Shown: positions 39,191-50,781 of the stretch, piece after piece | How the letters are laid out: every line of letters starts with the position of its first letter | Numbering within the stretch: position 1 is the stretch's first letter | Assembly (NCBI RefSeq): GCF_032191835.1 | Contig: NC_083232.1 | Coordinates: forward strand, 52,824,001 to 52,888,000 | DNA: 64,000 nt | Reading direction: 5' to 3' | Source of the DNA: Heteronotia binoei | Taxonomy: Eukaryota | Position numbers and translations under genes: made by a program | Notes under the pieces: model-generated | What the model saw: only the letters and a program-made list of their open reading frames with translations | What the model was told of the DNA's origin: nothing | Database searches by the model: none

Positions 39191-40750
39191 ATGCTTGATT
39201 AGGTTCTTATTAGGTAGCAAAATTGGTACAGGTTGCTGTTAAGTAGGAAAGGAACAATCAACAAATACTATGAGGCATTTAACGATAATGGGAGCTCACC
39301 TTGCCCTGCTGCTTATGGGCTGTTATGGCTAGAGAGTGAGGGGGGAGAGGCTGCTTTGGTGCTAGGGAACACCAACTGGTGCTTAGCTGCTGAACAGTAT
39401 GAGGAGAAGCAGGTGAAGAGTAGTACCTTTTGGCACAGGGTTCTATGCAGGCAATGAAAGACTAAACTGGGCAGCTTTGGCTGAGATGAGTTAAGCCAGG
39501 AAGAATTACTCATGTGCAGGCAGTTTGTACAGGCTGGCCTGCTGTGGGAGAGGGGCAGTAATAGCTTAATTATTAACAAGATCCTGCACAGATCCATCTT
39601 TAATAAAACCTAGTTGATTCATATCTGTGCCTCATATCTTCATTTTAGAACATGGGGCAATGACAACTATTCCCATTAACAACACTTTAACAAGATATTC
39701 CCCAAAGGCAAAAAGTGGGGCGGGGCATAGAACAGAGAAAGGTGTCTTCCAGGCAAAAGTGCTGGTCTGTTTTTTTCCTTGCCTTAAGTCACAAGTTGAT
39801 TGTTCAGCTCAGCACTGTAGGTTTTTATGTGGAATTTCCCTATGTGTGTCTTATTATCCTTTTCAGACGTGTTCATTTTCAAGCATTTTTGTTGTTGTTT
39901 TTGTTGGCACATAAAAACAGCAATGCAGTACACATGTGTGAATTAACTAAAATAAAAGTTTACTAAGATATTAGAGAAGGTTACATGGAGGAATAAAATA
40001 GCTGAATGAGTGACATTCTTCTATTTAATGTTAAGCACCAAGATGGAAACTTGCATCTGCTCTTAGAACAAAGAAAGGAAGAAGGAAACCCAAAAATGCC
40101 TACTGACAAAACTCAGGCAACATTTCCCAGTTACAAGCTTACTAATGATCAGGCTAAAGGTTAGTTCATTATGCATAGGATCTTCCCCTTCTAACGTGGG
40201 AACTTCTGCTCGATGCCCCATAGGTCCTACCTATCTGATGAACAATTAGCATAGACAAACACAGGTTAACACTTTCATGGCATCAAGGAGAGAACTTTTA
40301 AACATTCCAACAGTTTTACATATGTGCTGTTTTGCTGTTGTGAGGGTGTCCACCACTGAATATAGTCTGCTGCCATATGCACTTACTCACCCCCAAAACT
40401 CTTGTTTGCATGTCTGGCCTTTCATTGGTTTGCTGCTTTCCCACATTTGACTCTGTTTCATTGGTTCTGTGGCAAGTTCTCACTGGGACAATTCACTTAG
40501 CATGAGAGGGAGCAGCAAAACACAGCTGACTCTCTCAGCCCCCCATGTGCTTTTGCAAGTGTATCCCCTTCCACACCAGTATGCCCTGATGAGCAACATC
40601 GGGGGGGGGGGAGCAGTGCACTCCAAAGTAAATGATAAGGTAGGTGGAGCAATAGGACAGGAATTAATATAGGCAGGTAAACAAACGAAAGGAAGGCATT
40701 TCAGGAGAGGGGGGGAGATCAGGAGAAAACAGGTTTCATAAAGAGCACAG

Positions 40751-41010
40751 AGAGCCAGTTTGGTGTAGTGGTTAAGTGCTTGGACTCTTATCTGGGAGAA
40801 CTGGGTCTGGTTCCCCACTCTTCCACTTGCACCTGCTGGGATGGCCTTGGGTCAGCCATAGCTCTCGCAGAGGTTGTCCTTAAAAGGGCAGCTTCTGTGA
40901 GTGAGTGTTATGGGGGAGGAAGGTAAAGGAGATTGTGAGCTGCTCTGAGACTCTGAGATTTGGAGTGAAGGTCGGGATATAAATCCAACATCTTCTTCTT
41001 CATCTTCTTT
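40751..41010 (+). mobile_element. Squam3 (gecko-type) SINE, full length
   Basis: gagccagtttggtgtagtggttaag head, CORE-like body, L2-like 3' end and (tct)n tail. Confidence 0.9.
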
Positions 41011-41233
41011 GGGGGGAAAAAAGGAGAAAAGCCATGTCAGCAAGGGGTATGCAATGGAGCTGGAAAGAAGCATTTAAAAAAAAAGCAATGAAAGGAAACA
41101 AAGCAGAGCAATCTAGATTTTCTTATTATGAGGAAAGACTAAATAGTTTTTAGTTTAGAAAATGAATGGAGATGCTTAAGAGCAACAAGCTTTTTCTCCC
41201 TCTCCCAAAAGACAAGAACCCAGGGGCTTCCAC

Positions 41234-42004
41234 CAGACCTGTAGCCACGGGGAGCACAGCCCCTCCATTCAACCTCCCTTGTGGCCCCTCCATTGGGTGG
41301 GGCCCCACTTCCCTATGTAGGACCCCTCCATTGGAGGGCCTCTATGACCCGTGGGAAAGGGTGGGCAGCCAGAGGGAGCAGTAGAAGGGTGAGAGGCCGT
41401 ACAGGAGCCCCGGCAGGGCTTCCAACGGCCTCTTGGCAGGGAAGGGTGGCAGGGGGTCATGGGGGGTTGAGCGTCTCTCTCCAGGAGCCTTCATGCCCCA
41501 GAGGAACGGGTAGCATGAAGGGGTAGAGAGGGGAGGCGGCCACCGCCGCGGGTTACAAAGGGGTTACTATATGAGTGAGTAGGAGAGGGCAGGCGGGGGG
41601 AGAAGGCGCGGGTAGCCCGATGGGGCAGACCAGAGCAGGGTCCTCTCTGCAGCTAGCATTGTGGGGCGTTGCTGCTGCTGGTTGGCAGGCTGGAAAGGCC
41701 AGCTCAAGATGCTCTTGATGGCAAAGGAGCTGCTGAATTTAGAGCCGGAAGGTGGGGCGGACGATGAGGAGGGTTTCTGGCAGTAGTCAGGGGTTTCTGG
41801 TCGGTGCCGGAGCGCAGCGAGGCCAGGGCAGCAGCGGGAACCGGGGGTGGTTGGGCCTGGTTGGGCAGCATGCAGTGCTGGGGGGGCTCCAGAATCCTTG
41901 ACGGCCAGCAGCATGCCCCTTTTTCTCCCCCCCTTTGGCGCCCCCCTCACTCGAACTTTTATCGCTTGGGCCCCTCCATCCAAGATTTTCTGGCTACTGC
42001 CCTG
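41234..42004. mobile_element. Non-autonomous hAT element (Pack-hAT) carrying a FOXQ1 fragment, inserted in an old CR1
   Basis: 8-bp TSD gcttccac/acttccac (41226-41233, 42005-42012; 7/8). TIRs cagacctgtagccac and revcomp cagggcagtagccag (11/15). The flanking CR1 sequence rejoins across the insertion. Confidence 0.8.
41300..41925 (-). pseudogene. FOXQ1: Decayed fragment of FOXQ1 C-terminal (post-forkhead) coding region
   Basis: KFSSSFAIKSILSWPF at 41693-41740 (FOXQ1 eh1-like KFSSSFAIDSIL..PF). PFYCSLWLP at 41363-41389 (FOXQ1 LYCPLRLP), followed by GPH..PME. Contains stops and frameshifts; no forkhead domain. Confidence 0.8.
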
Positions 42005-42180
42005 ACTTCCACTGAAGTTGATTTAGGACAGATGAAAAGAAATCGTTACTCAACAAATGAAAAATTGTGGAATTCACTGCCAGTGGACATTGTGATAAGT
42101 ATAGATGGCTATAGAATTAGTGGATTAGACAGATTAATGCAAGATGGGCCTATCAATGATGAGTAAAGGGAACTTCCAAG

Positions 42181-42353
42181 CAGGACTGGATCTACATTTT
42201 GGGGGGTGGGATTAAAAATGATGCCCCCTTATGGGCCCACTCTATCTTATGGGTCCATAGAATAGAATGAACTCCCTACCCAATTTGGCACACACCCCCT
42301 CTGGTGGCACCCAGGTTAAGCACCCCCTCTGCTCCCCCCTAGATCTGGCCCTG
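42181..42353. mobile_element. hAT MITE
   Basis: Ends caggactggatcta/tagatctggccctg; degenerate TSD cttccaag/ctcccatg. Confidence 0.65.
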
Positions 42354-42689
42354 CTCCCATGCACAAATCTCTGAATACCCTGCTAGGAGGCTTTGAGAAC
42401 CTCTGGTTAACTGGTTGTGACTGTATGAAATGGTAAGCCTGAATGGACCACTGGCATGATTCAGCAGTGCTCTGTTCTTATTTAGAGGTATTAGGTTGTG
42501 GAGGCACATCTGCACTGGTTTTATAATGCTAAAACCCAATTCCCGCTTGTGAATCCCTCTGGTTGTATTCAAAAGTTCTTCTCTTTATAGTCTATCGTCC
42601 TGCCCCCTGACTTTTCCACCCTTTGGATCCAAGTAAGAAACCCCGGATTCTAGGAAAGTTAGAAGCTTTGACAGGCAGCTTTTAGTTAA

Positions 42690-43330
42690 TGGAGGGGGGC
42701 GGCTGGAGAAGGGCGGTATCAACTATTCTATGTACTCAAAACGATGAGTTTACTCAGGTGTCACTTGTGGACTTTTCCATATCTTTTTTTTTGTTGTTGT
42801 TGTTAATAAGAAACCTGGAAGCAGAGCAAACGTAATTTCAAACTCTAGCGAAGCCGCTGGGATGGGTCGGGTGTGTCATCATTTGTGTAGCGTCACGGTC
42901 TCCCCTGCCAGGCAAAAGTGTTGTTGCATCGCTTCAGGGAAGACATTCGAAGCCTCCGCTTGACCACGGAAGAATCACCGCAAGCTTTGGCTCCAGCCGT
43001 TTCAGCCCAGGTGAGGAGATGCGGGACGGGGCCAGGAAGGGAACTGTGACTCAGTAAGTACTACTAAAACAACCCGATTTAAAGTTATCCGCTTATCTGA
43101 AGAAGGCTATTTAGGCCCAGCAGGGGGGACGGGCAGCGTCTGTTTTGAAGCCTGCTTGTTAACACCGCACTTAGAAACATTTTTTGTCACTTACACACTT
43201 TTGTAACGTCGCTGAAAATCTGCTGAACTGCCCCTCCTCTTCATCATCTCTTCCCTGGAAACAGAATCGCCACCTCTTTGTGATCGTTCGCCCGATGTAT
43301 TCTTCTTCGGACACTGCTGGTGTACAAAGT
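42690..43330 (+). promoter_or_regulatory. CpG-enriched candidate ABCB5 promoter and non-coding first exon (donor CAG|GTGAGG after 43010)
   Basis: Non-repeat, CpG-retaining stretch with GC boxes (gggggcgg near 42695, gggcgg near 42711), a CGTCA half-CRE near 42888, AP-1 TGACTCA at 43047-43053 and a strong splice donor. Lies about 4 kb upstream of the acceptor of the first coding exon. Confidence 0.55.
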
Positions 43331-43842
43331 AAGATTACAGAATTTCCTCCAACTTTTTGGGAGCTTCCTTCTTTACCGCCTGCTTCTCCTTGTGTTTTTT
43401 TGGGAGGAGGGCATTATCTTCAAAGTTAATCTTTTAAGAAATTCTGATTTACAGGCTGAAGGGAGGTTTTCATCTGTATGTAGCCTATCTTGTCAATCTG
43501 AAGATTTTAAACGTTTTGAATATAGTGGGGATTTAAGTTTGTGTTTGAAACAAGGAAATGATAAAAACCCCTCAGATTTAGAACACAGAAAAAAGACAGA
43601 AGGAAAAGGTAAGGATGTTGAAGGACTTTTTCTACATTTTCTGATGCGAATATACTTTTGCTTGGGATGTTCATAACTCCATTGCTGCTTCTTTCAATGT
43701 TCATATGGTTTTGTGCAGGTAGCTGTCATTAAAAAACAATTGCAGCACTTTGCCTTACTGCTAAAGTGCCTCAAGTAATCAAGGGGAGGGGGAGAGAAGT
43801 ACAAATACCTTTTCTAAGGTAGTGTGATAAGGCAGTTGTAGC

Positions 43843-44050
43843 TCATTGGCTTTCCCCATTCCAACCAGTTTCTGAAATGTGCATTGTATCTATGTCATCA
43901 TTCAGCACCAAACATTCCAGTTCCCACATCTTAAGCCATAGGCTTCTAGTACTGATATATGGGCACCTGAGGTGATTAGTCAGTGGGCCACATGGCAGCT
44001 GAGGTATCTGGTCTGCCAGTCCCCAAGTTGAAGGCTTCTCCTGAATAAAC
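43843..44050 (-). mobile_element. CR1 endonuclease N-terminal fragment
   Basis: RSLWLKMWELECLVLNDDIDTMHISETGWNGESQ resembles CR1 APE (NARSL..K..ELE..V....DI.GITETWWN). Confidence 0.75.
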
Positions 44051-44739
44051 ATAAGGATAGCAGAAATCTGCAAGCAGAAGTAAAAGCTTCCAGTCCTAGA
44101 GATAAAGTAGCTTTTCTGGGACTGTTGTTGGTTCCTAGTTTGTGGTATAATTGCTGTGAAGTGCCATATAATAGCTTTATTTTCTATCTAAGATTTTGTT
44201 TTTCTGACTGTCAGTTCTAAGATTGTTGCCAAGGTTTTATTTTAGCTTGGTCTTAATTTTAATTTAAAGCTATACATTGATCTTTATAATAAGAGCTGCA
44301 ATTCTAATGATGGGATGAATATGAAATTATGTATATGAGCAAGTGTTCTTGTCTGCTTCCAGCATAAGGGAATAATGCAGCAGACCCAAATTGCTTTAGC
44401 TTTTGATCCCGAAGCTATGAGACACAAATGGAGTTCTTCACCAGCATTCATTGTAGTAGAGGATACAGTCTGTTCATGCAAAGGAATATGGATTTTGGCA
44501 ATGACATTGAAATGCATAAGGAAGCATTGGATGCAGCAACTCCAGGAATTCTAGACTGGATTTTGTGTATTACGAATGCAAAATCAGAAATTCTCTAAGA
44601 GAAGACCTGGACCGTAGACCAGTTGTAAACATAGTAAATTATCTCAGCCATGTAATATAATTATTTATGCCCTTTCAATAGAATTATTTGTGCCTTCAAT
44701 TATTTCTACTCTTTCAAATAGAATTATTTGTGCGTTTTC

Positions 44740-45700
44740 ACTTTCAGTGAAGGCCCAAATGACAAATGTTCCCTACCTCTCTCTTTGTGACTTGGCTACA
44801 GTGATCCACACAGTGGTCACCTCCAGGCTGAACTACTGTAACTTGCTGTATATAGGACTACCCAGAAACTGCAACTGGTCCAGAATACAGTGATGCATAT
44901 TCTTACAGGAACATACTGCTCAGAAGTTTCCTATTTGTGTGTTATTGTTGGTAACATTTACTCTGGTTTTTAGCTTGGAATTGAATTTTAAATGTCTGGA
45001 TTTTAAAATTTTTATCTCTGGTTCTCATCACAATTATGTGTCTTGTAAGCTGCCCTGAGCCTACCTCGCAGGAAGGGTGGGATACAAATAAAAGGAAATT
45101 AATTAATTTGAGGCCCCGTAGTCAACCAGTGCTTTACCAGTTGCACTGGCTTCCAGTTTGATTCTGGATCAAGTTCAAGGTTTTGGTTTTAACCTTCAAA
45201 GCCCTATGCAGTCTGGGATCAACATACCTTCAGCTTTGTCTCTCCTGGTATGTCCCTCAAAGAGCTTTATGGACCAACATCTTCTGGTGATTCCCAGCCT
45301 AAAGGATATCTGACTAGCCTCAACCAGTGCCAGGCCCTTCTCAGCTCTGGTGCTGGCCTGATAGAACACTCTCCCAAGTAAGATTTGGGCCCTGCAGGAC
45401 CTAATGGAGTTCCTTAGGGCCTGTAAAATAGGAATGTTCTGGCAGGCCTATAGTTGAGGTGACGGAAGTCCCATCTGGTTTGACCTCCCCCTGTCCAGTT
45501 CTGCTGTTGTTTTGTCTTGTTTGCCTTCCCATCCATCCATTTGCATCAATGCTAGCCAATAGCTATTGACATACATAGGCAGAGCCTCTGCTGAGAACAT
45601 AGGTATTAAATTGTGTTATTGACACCAATCAGATTGTTTTAACAGTGAATCTGTATTTAATGAGTTTAATGATTATTTATAACTATGTCTAATTGTTGTG
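44740..45700 (+). mobile_element. L2 fragments (rearranged or nested)
   Basis: VIHTVVTSRLNYCNLLYIGLP, LHWLPV and FKVLV..FKAL motifs, with an internal L2 3' terminus at about 45050-45100. Confidence 0.8.
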
Positions 45701-45930
45701 TTTATATTAGTGATAAAACAATTTAATATAAATTAATGATAAAATGATATGGCGATAATTAATTCCTGTCACCCCATTCAATAGGTGATTCTTTTTTTAA
45801 GTTACGGGGGTGGAGGGGAGGCAGGAATTGGAATATACAAAAAGAGTTACTGGTATATAAAAAAACAAGTGCATAAAAAGTACAGCACTAACTGGTTATA
45901 TGTCCTTATAGGTAGTAATATTTATTACAT

Positions 45931-46226
45931 GAAAAGTAGAGGTAGTCCCCTGTGCAAGCACCAGTAATTTCCAGCTCTGGGGTGACATCGCATCATGACA
46001 TTTTCATGGTAGACTTTTTATGGGGTGGTTTGCCATTGCCTTCCCCAGTCATCTACACTTTACCCCCAGCAAGCTGGGAACTCATTTTACTAACTTCAGA
46101 AGGATAAAAGGCTGAGTCAACCTTGAGCTGGCTACCTGAACCCAGCTTCCACTGGGATTGAACTCAGGTCGTGAGCCGAGCTCAGACTGCAGTACTGCAA
46201 CTTACCACTCTGCACCACGGTGCTCC
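45931..46226 (-). mobile_element. Sauria SINE, full length
   Basis: Perfect 12-bp TSD tatttattacat (45919-45930, 46227-46238). Confidence 0.93.
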
Positions 46227-46515
46227 TATTTATTACATCTAGAGCACCTCAAATAAGCTTTAGAGAGTAGCCATGTTGGTCTACAGTAGAACAATTAAAA
46301 TATGAGTCCAAAAACACCTTAAAGAACAACAAGATTGTCAGCGTACAAGCTACTTAAATTTAGCAACATCAATTGATTCAAGATGCAGTGGGCAGGATAC
46401 AAAGATCATATGGCCTCTATTTCATAACAACAGAAATTGTTGTTATGTTTAATGTCCTAAATGGCTTTGGGTTAAGATTTTTGAAGAATCCAGATAGCCA
46501 GTTAATTCTTTTGTT

Positions 46516-46685
46516 CAGGGGTGGAATTCTAGCAGGAGCTCCTTTGCATATTAGGCCACACACCCCTGATGTAGCCAATCCTCCAAGAGCTTACAAAAAA
46601 GAGCCTTGTAACCTCTTGGGGGATTGGCTACATTGGCGTGTGTAGCCTAATATGCAAAGGAGCTCCTGCTAGACTTCTACCCCTG
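46516..46685. mobile_element. Palindromic hAT MITE (170 bp hairpin)
   Basis: Arms of about 75 bp are near-perfect inverted repeats; perfect TSD cttttgtt. Confidence 0.92.
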
Positions 46686-47225
46686 CTTTTGTTTAATTTG
46701 ATTTAATTTTCTCTGGTGGTGAGGTAGGCGAAGGTGACAAGTGATGAAACTCTTTCACTGGAGACACCTCCCCTCTGGAGTACCTCCACCTTGAGGTTCA
46801 CCTGACACTTTCCTTATTTGCCTTTAGATACCTGGCCAGAGCATTTCTTTTTAACTGGGCTTTAAATTAAGTGCTCCATCTGCTTTAGCTCTGCTTACAT
46901 CCTGGCTTCTAGCTGAAGGACTGTCTTAACATTACTGGAATGTTTTAGTCAGTTTACTACTGTGTGCTTTTATGGCTTATTTTTATGCTGTGGTTATATG
47001 ATTTTATTGTACCATTTTATTGTGCGAGCTGCCTCAAGCAGGCTTCTGGAAAAGCAGCATATGCATTTTCTAAAGATAAAAAAAAGTTATGAAGGATGAT
47101 TTAAATAAAAATTAATATGTTTTTAAAATGGGCGTGCTACCTCAATAATATTCTCTTTGCTCTCTCTATGCAGATTTGTGGTGAATGCAGTTTTCTGAAC
47201 TGGAACTATAACACAGAACAGAACA

Positions 47226-47274
47226 ATGAATGGTCACTGGAAAACTCAAACCATAAAGGAAACATCCAAACCCG
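47226..47274 (+). CDS. ABCB5: ABCB5 probable first coding exon (exon 47174-47274; ATG at 47226)
   Basis: ctctatgcag| acceptor at 47173 and an in-frame stop upstream of the ATG. MNGHWKTQTIKETSKP+G|gtaaaa; phase 1 matches the next exon. Confidence 0.6.
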
Positions 47275-47482
47275 GTAAAACTGATATTTTTAGTTGTTTA
47301 CTAGTATATTGATAGCTCCACTACTTCCTGCTTATGATGTCTTCAAATGCAAAACAAAAAAAATGAACCTTTTAAATTTTAAACTGAGAGCATGAAACTT
47401 TATCCTGTAACAGTCTTAATTTGTAGTATGCATGAATGTTTTTAATAAAAAGGTGTTTTGGAGATCTTTTATGCATAGAATC

Positions 47483-47560
47483 ACCATAAGTCAGAAACAA
47501 CATGAGGGAACCATAAGTCAGAAGCAACATGAGGGAACCATAAGTCAGAAGCAACATGAG
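47483..47560. repeat. 27-bp tandem repeat x3
   Basis: accataagtcagaa(a/g)caacatgaggga repeated. Confidence 0.9.
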
Positions 47561-47725
47561 CAACACACACATTATTTGCTTTGTCAGGTCCCCTAGGTGA
47601 CTAAATTGTGCTAAAAACAATGCAAAGCCTAATGCTGATCCCTTGTACCAGAATTTCACAATTCTGTAAATTGCGACTTTGAAACCTGTATGAAGCTTTA
47701 TTGAAGTTAGTATGTTCTCATTATT

Positions 47726-47865
47726 TAAAAAAGGTAAAGGTAGTCCCCTGTGCAACTACCAATCATTTCCAACTCTGGGGTGACGGCGCATCACAACGTT
47801 TTCACGGCAGATTTTTTTACAGGGTGGTTTGCCATTGCCTTCCCCAGATTATTCCCCAGTAATAA
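47726..47865 (-). mobile_element. Sauria SINE, 5'-truncated
   Basis: 3' half only; TSD ttctcattatt (47715-47725, 47866-47876). Confidence 0.88.
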
Positions 47866-49268
47866 TTCTCATTATTACAGGCCACATTTATAAAACTATC
47901 TTACTTAAGTCACATTTAGATAGCAAACTGATCTGTTTTCATAATCTAGTTGTAAGTGAAATACTTGATTTGCATTTAGATAGCAAATTGATCTGTTGTC
48001 ATAATATAGTGGTAAAGTGAAATACAGGGCAGGCAGGTTCAATGGACTTGTTTTTCCAGAGGCAATTTTTGCATGTGGCAAGGGTTCTTCTTAATAGATT
48101 TGGGTAGTCAAAGAAGCTGAGGCAAGATACCTTGGCAACACAAATATATCTTACTTACAGGAAAGAAAACAAGCCACAGCATATGTAAGATCAGTTTCTT
48201 ACATCTCTTTTGGTTGCTGAGGTGGCTTTCTACAGCAACAACTGTTCCCAGCCACTCCAGGTCTCCAATCAAGCCCCCTTGCTACTGCCATCTCTTCCTC
48301 TTTAATCCTTTATAACCTGCCTAAGTGCAGCTTTCTTTGTGTGAACATCACCCAGCAATCATGCAGAGGTTAGTTCTAGTGCCTGCACCTGACACCCCCT
48401 TATTAGGAAGGCCGAAGTCTAGGAGGAAGTGACCCTGCAGCCACTTTGATGGAACCTGGCTGCCAGTATGCTCTAAGCCAAGAGCAAGTTACCTGAGAAT
48501 ACTGTACCCAACCCCACTTCAAGGGGGTTCTTCTGCTGATGACACTACCTGCTGTTCCTGCAGCAATTAATCAATAAGAGGCTGTCATGCAGAAAGTAGA
48601 TGTGAGATACTTTCAGTCGCTACATGGGAAAATGTAGAATCTACCCTGTATGCATTTTCCCATGTTAATGTCCAGATACACATCTTCCTGTGTGAGGATA
48701 TTATACAGCCACTATTGGAAAGTAGCAAAGCCTTATTTTATGCTGATGCAACAGCAGATGGGGTTAATTTAGTTTACCGAACTGTGTGACTACTTCTTGT
48801 CACAGAGCCTTTTGATTGCCTTGTTCTGTAACACAATTTGATATGCACCAATTATAATGTAGAATGATTTGCCTGCAGTTAAAATATGATAAACATTCTC
48901 AAATGACATCGGTAACGAATTACTTTTGCCTTTTATGTCTTCTTTATACTGTGTTCTCAGAATATTTTTGCTCGTTAAACACTGGATTGTATTGTTTGAA
49001 ATGTTTGCATTTGAACACCTTGATCCTAAAATGCCAACCTGTGTATAAATGAATAGAGAAGTAAATCTCAGTGTCATTGGTGGGGGGAGGTATTTTTTAA
49101 ATGGGGCTTCCTCTCAGTTTTGTATAGAATGCCATTCTCAGTGAAGCCAGTGCTACTTACTGGTATATTTAAGGTCCAGAACTTGAATCTGCAGAACAAG
49201 TAAACAGTACCTGAAGCTTATAGGTGCCTTGAATTGCAACCCTACTTATCCTGCTTTCTCATCAACAG

Positions 49269-49329
49269 AGCATCCAGACAATGCCTATGACAACCCTGCT
49301 TTCCAGTTGGATGAAATGGTTGCACAAAA
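49269..49329 (+). CDS. ABCB5: ABCB5 coding exon 2
   Basis: catcaacag| ... |gtaggt. EHPDNAYDNPAFQLDEMVAQ(K); phases 1/2 fit both neighbouring exons. Confidence 0.75.
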
Positions 49330-49413
49330 GTAGGTTTTCCATAAGCTGTTTGAGATATTTGTGCTTAAAATGACTTCCACTAATCTATTTTTTTCCTGCA
49401 TAAATCTCTTTAG

Positions 49414-49471
49414 AAAGAAAAATGCAGAGTCTAATAAAAAGAAGAAGAAGATGGTTGGATTTTTCCAGTTG
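49414..49471 (+). CDS. ABCB5: ABCB5 coding exon 3
   Basis: ctctttag| ... |gttagt. KKNAESNKKKKKMVGFFQL is the lysine-rich 'VGxFxL' exon typical of P-glycoproteins. Confidence 0.9.
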
Positions 49472-50225
49472 GTTAGTGTGTGATCTGTTTATTTTTTTTC
49501 CTCATCACTTTTATGGGCCAGTTCACATGTTTTCTCCAGCACACCTGTATGTAGTGAAATCAAAAGCATCTTTCCAACCTGCTTACATAACTGCACACAG
49601 GAAGGTAACCCATGGGAGGTTACATGCTTATTTGAATGTGGGATTTCCCTTAAACCTGCCTCTCTTTTTTTAGCATCCTTGGCTATTCAGAGATCCTGCA
49701 TTCAAACAATTCTGGGATCTTCTTGTTTGGTGGTTACTGTCTACCATAGTCTGAGAGCAGTGGGGAAAGATTGAGGAAGAAGTACATGAGCTCAGATCCC
49801 ACTCCTGATCCTTCAGGTTTCATTTCTTTATTTTTTAAAAAATTAAAATGTAATATGCAAATACCTCTCTCTTTTTTCATCATAATACCAATTCAACAAG
49901 TTCAGTGATAACTCTGGAATTTATATGGCTCTAACTGGGCCTCAGACTGAATGCCAGTCAAGTGAGCAGTCAACAACCTTGTCCCCACCCCAAGTGAGCA
50001 GAAGGCTGGAGAGAACGGTACAGTTACCAATTTTGGGCTAGGAAATTCCTGGAGATTTGGGGGTGAAGTTTTTTTGGGGGGAGGTAGGTCAGCAGGGATA
50101 TGATGCCATAGAGTCTGTCCTCCAAAGCTATCATTTTCTCCAGGTGAACATGATAAAGAAGAGGAGTTGGTTTTTTATATCCTGCTGAACTTCACCTTTG
50201 TTACCTTGTCTTCAGAATCAGTTTT

Positions 50226-50360
50226 NNNNNNNNNNNNNNNNNNNNNNNNNNNNNNNNNNNNNNNNNNNNNNNNNNNNNNNNNNNNNNNNNNNNNNNNNNN
50301 NNNNNNNNNNNNNNNNNNNNNNNNNNNNNNNNNNNNNNNNNNNNNNNNNNNNNNNNNNNN
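50226..50360. other. Assembly gap (135 N) in an ABCB5 intron
   Basis: Run of n. Exon phases on both sides join without needing a missing exon. Confidence 0.99.
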
Positions 50361-50781
50361 ATTTACCAGGGCAGAATCTTCCCTGTGGCTTTAACACCAA
50401 GCTTTCTCAAGTTTCTGTCAGTGTAGCTGTTATGCTTGTCACTTTTCATCCCTGTTGTCTGTCAGTTTACCATTCCCTCTCTGAATTCTCAGATGTCGAT
50501 TGCTTATAATAGCCTACAATTCAGTCTGTGTTTTGGCCATCCCACACACAGATTCACGCCCCTGCACAATTTAGCTTCATAACATACACATTTGTACTTC
50601 TGCTTATGTGAACCTCTGTGATCCTGATGATTATTTTATTTAATCTTTTGAAATACCACCTGTTACTCAAATTTTTCATTATTTGAATGTTTGGACTTTT
50701 CTCAGATGCTTAAATACATGACTATGGTTCTCTTCCACAATGTCTTCTGTATTTTACCAGTTTTTCTTTGTATTGATCTAG

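Larger units (their letters stand above)
41100..42480 (+). mobile_element. Old CR1 3' part split by two hAT insertions (41234-42004 and 42181-42353)
   Basis: tatgaggaaagactaaatag..ttttctccctctccca..cttccactgaagttg..LWNSLP..ggattagac..cagcagtgctctgttctta. Confidence 0.75.

Noticed and set aside
41567-41983. 138-aa ORF as an intact gene
   Set aside because: It starts inside the hAT arm, lacks the forkhead domain and the FOXQ1 similarity continues in other frames after stops. It is treated as captured pseudogene cargo.
42290-42310. CTCF-like motif (revcomp CCACCAGAGGGGG)
   Set aside because: It mismatches a conserved position and lies inside a MITE. A motif alone is insufficient evidence.
48550-48562. 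ctgttcctgcag (minus-strand LQEQ) as a possible CCDC50 exon 2
   Set aside because: Flanks do not give VCRDFAVLEDHTLAHS or a proper acceptor. It is a chance match, so no nested CCDC50 gene is supported.
50226-50360. Missing ABCB5 exon hidden in the N gap
   Set aside because: Exon 49414-49471 (phase 0) joins 50782 directly and gives the normal VGFFQL-FSFAD sequence.
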